A stretch of 64,000 nt of DNA, from contig OZ024754.1 in NCBI GenBank assembly GCA_964016885.1, forward strand, positions 21,390,001 through 21,454,000, written 5' to 3'. The position numbers and the translations under genes are program-made. This stretch comes from Eledone cirrhosa. Lineage: Eukaryota. Under the pieces are notes generated by a model. It searched no databases. It saw only the letters and a program-made list of their open reading frames with translations, and was not told where the DNA came from. Below are positions 56,201 to 64,000 of the stretch, in pieces (position 1 is the first letter of the stretch; the number at the start of each line of letters is the position of its first letter).

Positions 56201-59200
56201 GGTTTTAATAGATTGTCTAGATGTTAAATATATACTATATTAACTACAGTTTTAATAAATTGCCTAAATGTTAGGTATATACTATATTAACTACAGTTTA
56301 AATAAATTGTCTAGATGTTAAGTATATACTATATTAACTACAGTTTTAATAAATTGTCTAGATGTTAAGTATATACTATATTAACTACAGTTTTAATAAA
56401 TTGTCTAGATGTTAAGTATATACTATATTAACTACAGTTTTAATAAATTGTCTAGATGTTCAGTATATACTATATTAACTACAGTTTTAATAAATTGTCT
56501 AGATGTTAAGTATATACTATATTAACTACAGTTTTAATAAATTGTCTAGATGTTAAGTATATACTATATTAACTAGTTTTAATAAATTGTCTAGATGTTA
56601 AGTATATAGTCTATTAACCACTGTTTTAATAAATTGTCTAGATGTTAAGTATATACTATATTAACTAGTTTTAATAAATTGTCTAGATGTTAAGTATATA
56701 CTATATTAACTAGTTTTAATAAATTGTCTAGATGTTCAGTATATACTATATTAACTAGTTTTAATAAATTGTCTAGATGTTAAGTATATACTATATTAAC
56801 TACAGTTTTAATAAATTGTCTAAATGTTAAGTATATACTATATAAACTACAGTTTAAATAAATTGTCTAGATGTTAAATATATACTATATTAACTACAGT
56901 TTTAATAAATTGTCTAGATGTTAAGTATATACTCTATTAACCACAGTTTTAATAAATTGTCTAGATGTTATGTATATACTATATTAACTACAGTTTAAAT
57001 AAATTGTCTAGATGTTAAGTATGTACTATATTAACTACAGTTTTAATAAATTATCTAGATGTTAAGTATATACTATATTAACTACAGTTTTAATAAATTG
57101 TCTAGATGTTAAGTATATACTATATTAACTACAGTTTTAATAAATTGTCTAAATGTTAAGTATATACTATATTAACTACAGTTTAAATAAATTGTCTAGA
57201 TGTTAAGTATATACTATATTAATTACAGTTTTAATAAATTGTCTAGATGTTAAGTATATACTATATTAACTCCAGTTTTAATAAATTGTCTAGATGTTAA
57301 GTATATACTATATTAACTACAGTTTTAATAAATTGTCTAGATGTTAAGTATATACTATATTAACTACAGTTTTAATAAATTGTCTAGATGTTAAGTATAT
57401 ACTATATTAACTAGTTTTAATAAATTGTTTAGATTTTAAGTATATACTATATTAACTACAGTTTTAATAAATTGTCTAGATGTTAAGTATATACTATATT
57501 AACTAGTTTTAATGAATTGTCTAGATATTAAGTATATACTATATTAACTACAGTTTTAATAAATTGTCTAGATGTTAAGTATATACTATATTAACTACAG
57601 TTTTAATAAATTGTCTAGATGTTAAGTATATACTATATTAACTACAGTTTTAATAAATTGTCTAGATGTTAAGTATATACTATATTAACTAGTTTTAATA
57701 AATTGTCTAGATGTTAAGTATATACTATATTAACTACAGTTTTAATAAATTGTTTAAATGTTAAGTATATACTATATTAACTACAGTTTAAATAAATTGT
57801 CTAGATGTTAAGTATATACTATATTAACTACAGTTTTAATAAATTGTCTAGATGTTAAGTATATACTATATTAACTCCAGTTTTAATAAATTGTCTAGAT
57901 GTTAAGTATATACTATATTAACTACAGTTTTAATAAATTGTCTAGATGTTAAGTATATACTATATTAACTAGTTTTAATAAATTGTCTAGATGTTAAGTA
58001 TATACTATATTAACTGCAGTTTTAATAAATTGTCTAGATGTTAAGTATATACTATATTAACTAGTTTTAATAAATCGTCTAGATATTAAGTATATACTAT
58101 ATTAACTACAGTTTTAATAAATTGTCTAGATGTTAAGTATATACTATATTAACTACAGTTTTAATAAATTGTCTAGATGTTAAGTATATACTATATTAAC
58201 TACAGTTTTAATAAATTGCCTAAATGTTAGGTATATACTATATTAACTACAGTTTAAATAAATTGTCTAGATGTTAAGTATATACTATATTAACTACAGT
58301 TTTAATAAATTGTCTAGATGTTAAGTATATACTATATTAACTACAGTTTTAATAAATTGTCTAGATGTTAAGTATATACTATATTAACTACAGTTTTAAT
58401 AAATTGTCTAGATGTTCAGTATATACTATATTAACTACAGTTTTAATAAATTGTCTAGATGTTAAGTATATACTATATTAACTACAGTTTTAATAAATTG
58501 TCTAGATGTTAAGTATATACTATATTAACTAGTTTTAATAAATTGTCTAGATGTTAAGTATATAGTCTATTAACCACTGTTTTAATAAATTGTCTAGATG
58601 TTAAGTATATACTATATTAACTAGTTTTAATAAATTGTCTAGATGTTCAGTATATACTATATTAACTAGTTTTAATAAATTGTCTAGATGTTAAGTATAT
58701 ACTATATTAACTACAGTTTTAATAAATTGTCTAAATGTTAAGTATATACTATATAAACTACAGTTTAAATAAATTGTCTAGATGTTAAATATATACTATA
58801 TTAACTACAGTTTTAATAAATTGTCTAGATGTTAAGTATATACTCTATTAACCACAGTTTTAATAAATTGTCTAGATGTTAAGTATATACTATATTAACT
58901 ACAGTTTAAATAAATTGTCTAGATGTTAAGTATGTACTATATTAACTACAGTTTTAATAAATTATCTAGATGTTAAGTATATACTATATTAACTACAGTT
59001 TTAATAAATTGTCTAGATGTTAAGTATATACTATATTAACTACAGTTTTAATAAATTGTCTAAATGTTAAGTATATACTATATTAACTACAGTTTAAATA
59101 AATTGTCTAGATGTTAAGTATATACTATATTAATTACAGTTTTAATAAATTGTCTAGATGTTAAGTATATACTATATTAACTCCAGTTTTAATAAATTGT

Positions 59201-62200
59201 CTAGATGTTAAGTATATACTATATTAACTACAGTTTTAATAAATTGTCTAGATGTTAAGTATATACTATATTAACTACAGTTTTAATAAATTGTCTAGAT
59301 GTTAAGTATATACTATATTAACTAGTTTTAATAAATTGTTTAGATGTTAAGTATATACTATATTAACTACAGTTTTAATAAATTGTCTAGATGTTAAGTA
59401 TATACTATATTAACTAGTTTTAATGAATTGTCTAGATATTAAGTATATACTATATTAACTACAGTTTTAATAAATTGTCTAGATGTTAAGTATATACTAT
59501 ATTAACTACAGTTTTAATAAATTGTCTAGATGTTAAGTATATACTATATTAACTACAGTTTTAATAAATTGTCTAGATGTTAAGTATATACTATATTAAC
59601 TAGTTTTAATAAATTGTCTAGATGTTAAGTATATACTATATTAACTTCAGTATATACTATATTATATACTATACTATATTATATACTATACTATACTATA
59701 TACTTAAGTATATACTATATTAACTAGTTTTAATAAATTGTCTAGATGTTAAGTATATACTATATTAACTCCAGTTTTATAAGTATATACTATATTAACT
59801 ACAGTTTTAATAAATTGTCTAGATGTTAAGTATATACTATATTAACTAGTTTTAATAAATTGTCTAGATGTTACGTATATACTATATTAACTACAGTTTT
59901 AATAAATTGTCTAGATGTTAAGTTTATACTATATTAACTACAGTTTTAATAAATTGTCTAAATGTTAAGTATATACTATATTAACTACAGTTTTAATCAA
60001 TTGTCTAGATGTTAAGTATATACTATATTAACTACAGTTTTAATAAATTGTCTAGATGTTAAGTATATACTATATTAACTACAGTTTTATAAGTATAAAC
60101 TATATTAACTACAGTTTTAATAAATTGTCTAGATGTTAAGTATATACTATATTAACTACAATTTTAATAAATTGTCTAGATGTTAAGTTTATACTATATT
60201 AACTCCAGTTTTAATAAATTGTCTAGATGTTAAGTATATACTATATTAACTACAGTTTTAATAAATTGTCTAGATGTTAAGTATATACTATATTAACTAC
60301 AGTTTTAATAAATTGTCTCGATGTTAAGTATATACTATATTAACTAGTTTTAATAAATTGTCTAGATGTTAAGTATATACTATAGTAACTACAGTTTTAA
60401 TAAATTGTCTAGATGTTAAGTATATACTATATTAACTACAGTTTTAATAAATTGTCTAGATGTTAAGTATATACTATATTAACTAGTTTTAATAAATCGT
60501 CTAGATATTAAGTATATACTATATTAACTACAGTTTTAATCAATTGTCTAGATGTTAAGTATATACTATATTAACTACAGTTTTAATAAATTGTCTAGAT
60601 GTTAAGTATATACTATATTAACTACAGTTTTAATAAATTGTCTAGATGTTAAGTATATACTATATTAACTCCAGTTTTAATAAATTGTCTAGATGTTAAG
60701 TATATACTATATTAACTAGTTTTAATAAATTGTCTAGATGTTAAGTATATACTATATTAACTACAGTTTAAATAAATTGTCTAGATGTTAAGTATATACT
60801 ATATTAACTACAGTTTTAATAAATTGTCTAGATGTTAAGTATATACTATATTAACTACAGTTTTAATAAATTGTCTAGATGTTAAGTATATACTATATTA
60901 ACTACAGTTTTAATAAATTGTCTAGATGTTAAGTATATACTATATTAACTAGTTTTAATAAATTGTCTAGATGTTAAGTATATACTATATTAACTACAGT
61001 TTTAATAAATTATCTAGATGTTAAGTATATACTATATTAACTAGTTTTAATAAATTGTCTAGATGTTAAGTATATACTATATTAACTAGTTTTAATAAAT
61101 TGTCTAGATATTAAGTATATACTATATTAACTACAGTTTTAATAAATTGTCTAGATGTTAAGTATATACTATATTAACTACAGTTTTAATAAATTGTCTA
61201 GATGTTAAGTATATACTATATTAACTAGTTTTAATAAATTGTCTAGATGTTAAGTATATACTATATTAACTACGGTTTTAATAGATTGTCTAGATGTTAA
61301 ATATATACTATATTAACTACAGTTTTAATAAATTGCCTAAATGTTAGGTATATACTATATTAACTACAGTTTAAATAAATTGTCTAGATGTTAAGTATAT
61401 ACTATATTAACTACAGTTTTAATAAATTGTCTAGATGTTAAGTATATACTATATTAACTACAGTTTTAATAAATTGTCTAGATGTTAAGTATATACTATA
61501 TTAACTACAGTTTTAATAAATTGTCTAGATGTTCAGTATATACTATATTAACTACAGTTTTAATAAATTGTCTAGATGTTAAGTATATACTATATTAACT
61601 ACAGTTTTAATAAATTGTCTAGATGTTAAGTATATACTATATTAACTAGTTTTAATAAATTGTCTAGATGTTAAGTATATAGTCTATTAACCACTGTTTT
61701 AATAAATTGTCTAGATGTTAAGTATATACTATATTAACTAGTTTTAATAAATTGTCTAGATGTTAAGTATATACTATATTAACTAGTTTTAATAAATTGT
61801 CTAGATGTTCAGTATATACTATATTAACTAGTTTTAATAAATTGTCTAGATGTTAAGTATATACTATATTAACTACAGTTTTAATAAATTGTCTAAATGT
61901 TAAGTATATACTATATAAACTACAGTTTAAATAAATTGTCTAGATGTTAAATATATACTATATTAACTACAGTTTTAATAAATTGTCTAGATGTTAAGTA
62001 TATACTCTATTAACCACAGTTTTAATAAATTGTCTAGATGTTATGTATATACTATATTAACTACAGTTTAAATAAATTGTCTAGATGTTAAGTATGTACT
62101 ATATTAACTACAGTTTTAATAAATTATCTAGATGTTAAGTATATACTATATTAACTACAGTTTTAATAAATTGTCTAGATGTTAAGTATATACTATATTA

Positions 62201-62562
62201 ACTACAGTTTTAATAAATTGTCTAAATGTTAAGTATATACTATATTAACTACAGTTTAAATAAATTGTCTAGATGTTAAGTATATACTATATTAATTACA
62301 GTTTTAATAAATTGTCTAGATGTTAAGTATATACTATATTAACTAGTTTTAATAAATTGTCTAGATGTTAAGTATATACTCTATTAACCACAGTTTTAAT
62401 AAATTGTCTAGATGTTAAGTATATACTATATTAACTACAGTTTTAATAAATTGTCTAAATGTTAAGTATATACTATATTAACTACAGTTTTAATAAATTG
62501 TCTAAATGTTAAGTATATACTATATTAACTACAGTTTAAATAAATTGTCTAGATGTTAAGTA

Positions 62563-63815
62563 TATAGCGGAGATTACTGGTTATATGAATGTAACAAAAC
62601 GAGACAATGTTTGTGTATATAATATTTAATTAACGGTAGATAGAATACTTGACATGTCAAAGATAGATGTTAGAATGAAACAAAGTTAGTAGTTACCGTT
62701 TTGATTGCCAGGCAAATGCGGCTGGCAGAGGGCGCCTGGCTAAGGCCAGGCGCCTGTTGGCCAAATTAATGGCAGAGCCAAATGAGAAGACTCTTGACCT
62801 GGTGCCGAAAAGGCAAAGAGAGAGAGGAAGCTTAAAGTTGTTAGTTTTATAGGGCTCTCACCGGAAGTTGCAGAAAGGGTTCCACTTCCCGTCTAGATCC
62901 CAATCAAAACAAGGGAGACAACCGCTACATAACCTCCCGCCAGAATTTTAGTGTATAAAAATCGAAATGAAAATATGTAGCAAGTTGGCGAGAATGTTGT
63001 AACAGGCATGAAAATTACGACAAAAGAATGTTTGGAAAAATCAATGATAGATATCAAGGTAGCCAACCGCTCTTGGCCAGAGAACGACTGGACATCCATC
63101 TATCCATCACCCAAAGATACAATGTAATAAAGTAAAAGTAATAAAAGAGCTCAAAGTTCAAAATATAGTTCACAGGTGTGCAATCACATGACAGCGGGAA
63201 AGAAAGTGTTCCAGAGAATGAATGCAGGTGGTTTCTGTTCTGTGGTATATCGTGAAATTTCCAACCTCCGAATGGATTTTCTCACAGGAAGAGTGCTGCA
63301 AAAATAAATTCTCTGGCTTTGGTGAAGCTGTGTTGATGTATTGCTGTTGCTGTTATATTGCTGTTGCTGCTGCTGTTGTCTCGCTGAGTGAGCGTATTCG
63401 GTGTTTAAATTCACAGTAAAAAAATTTTTTTTTAGAAAAAAATGAGTTGCGCAAAGTGCTAGAAATAGCAGCCGAAGTTGATGGTCGATGTTGAGAATGC
63501 GTTGACCTGGAAGGGTCAAGAGGCCAGCGACCAGAGAAATAAGCATTCTTAATAAATGCGCGGTTATCAACGGTAAATTTACATTGTAAATTTATAAACC
63601 GGCAAATAGAAGAATATAGCTTAAGGCTGAAGAATCCCTGGTGATAAATGGCGTGCGGCTGTCTGTGAGAAGAGACATCTCAGTGAATCGAGAATTTATG
63701 CTGCCTACACGTGCCAATACAAGGTTGAAAAAAAATATTTCTAACGCGCGAGAAAATGATAGTGCAATTTTGAAAGTGACAATGATGAAATGTTTTTTAA
63801 AGAATATCAATTTTT

Positions 63816-63850
<35 letters not shown>

Positions 63851-64000
63851 GTTTTGAAAGAGTTCGTTGTAAGAAACGAGAAACATATATATATATCGTG
63901 AAATGTTTTTTTTTTGTTTTGAAAGTGTTCGTTGTAAGAAACGAGAAACATATATATATATATTGGTGAAATGCGACAGTTAATTGATGCGTGAGAGAAA
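62563..64000 (-). mobile_element. Non-autonomous LTR element, copy 7 (cut by window end)
   Basis: Same left flank (CAGTTTAAATAAATTGTCTAGATGTTAAGTA|TATAGCGG). Poly-T is interrupted by a G. Confidence 0.92.

Larger units (their letters stand above)
1..62562. repeat. 47-bp AT-rich tandem satellite array (45-bp deletion variant common), interrupted by transposon copies
   Basis: Head-to-tail repeats of GTTAAGTATATACTATATTAACTACAGTTTTAATAAATTGTCTAGAT (47 nt, 9 G+C). The variant ...TTAACTAGTTTT... lacks 2 nt. Recurrent SNP variants include CTCTATTAACCACAG, GTCTAAATG, CAGTTTAAAT and AACTCCAG. Orientation is the same throughout. Confidence 0.98.

Noticed and set aside
1-62562. CRISPR array (47-bp partly palindromic repeats)
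   Set aside because: Repeats are contiguous with no unique spacers, there are no cas genes, and the embedded elements are eukaryotic.
612-64000. Repeated independent site-specific insertion of the two elements
   Set aside because: Rare satellite variants flanking the copies are shared over several monomers, which single insertions followed by block duplication explain more simply.
1-64000. Telomeric repeat or rDNA/histone gene spacer array
   Set aside because: No G-rich telomeric motif and no rRNA, 5S, snRNA or histone sequence was recognised in any unit.

Overview
This window is eukaryotic (probably invertebrate animal) heterochromatin, not a gene-coding region. The backbone is an AT-rich (~19% GC) 47-bp tandem satellite, consensus GTTAAGTATATACTATATTAACTACAGTTTTAATAAATTGTCTAGAT, with a common 45-bp variant. 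Two non-autonomous transposons interrupt it, both on the minus strand. (1) A ~2.0-kb TRIM-like LTR retroelement with 367-bp apparently identical LTRs, a tRNA-Trp primer-binding site (PBS), a polypurine tract (PPT) and a 4-bp AGTA target-site duplication (TSD); 7 copies, the last cut by the window edge. (2) An 861/877-bp Helitron (5'-TC...hairpin-CTAG-3', inserted A|T, no TSD); 9 copies in two subtypes. Shared flanks suggest each element inserted once and was then multiplied with the satellite as part of kb-scale higher-order repeats (5698-bp unit on the left; 1956, 2655, 3867, 4201 and 15437-bp periodicities on the right). No credible protein-coding gene was found. The most unusual detail is a PBS extended to ~32 nt of tRNA-Trp with one mismatch exactly at the m1A58 position, next to a degenerate second copy of the LTR-end/PBS junction. 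All comparisons were made by eye, and tRNA and family assignments rest on recalled knowledge, not database searches.
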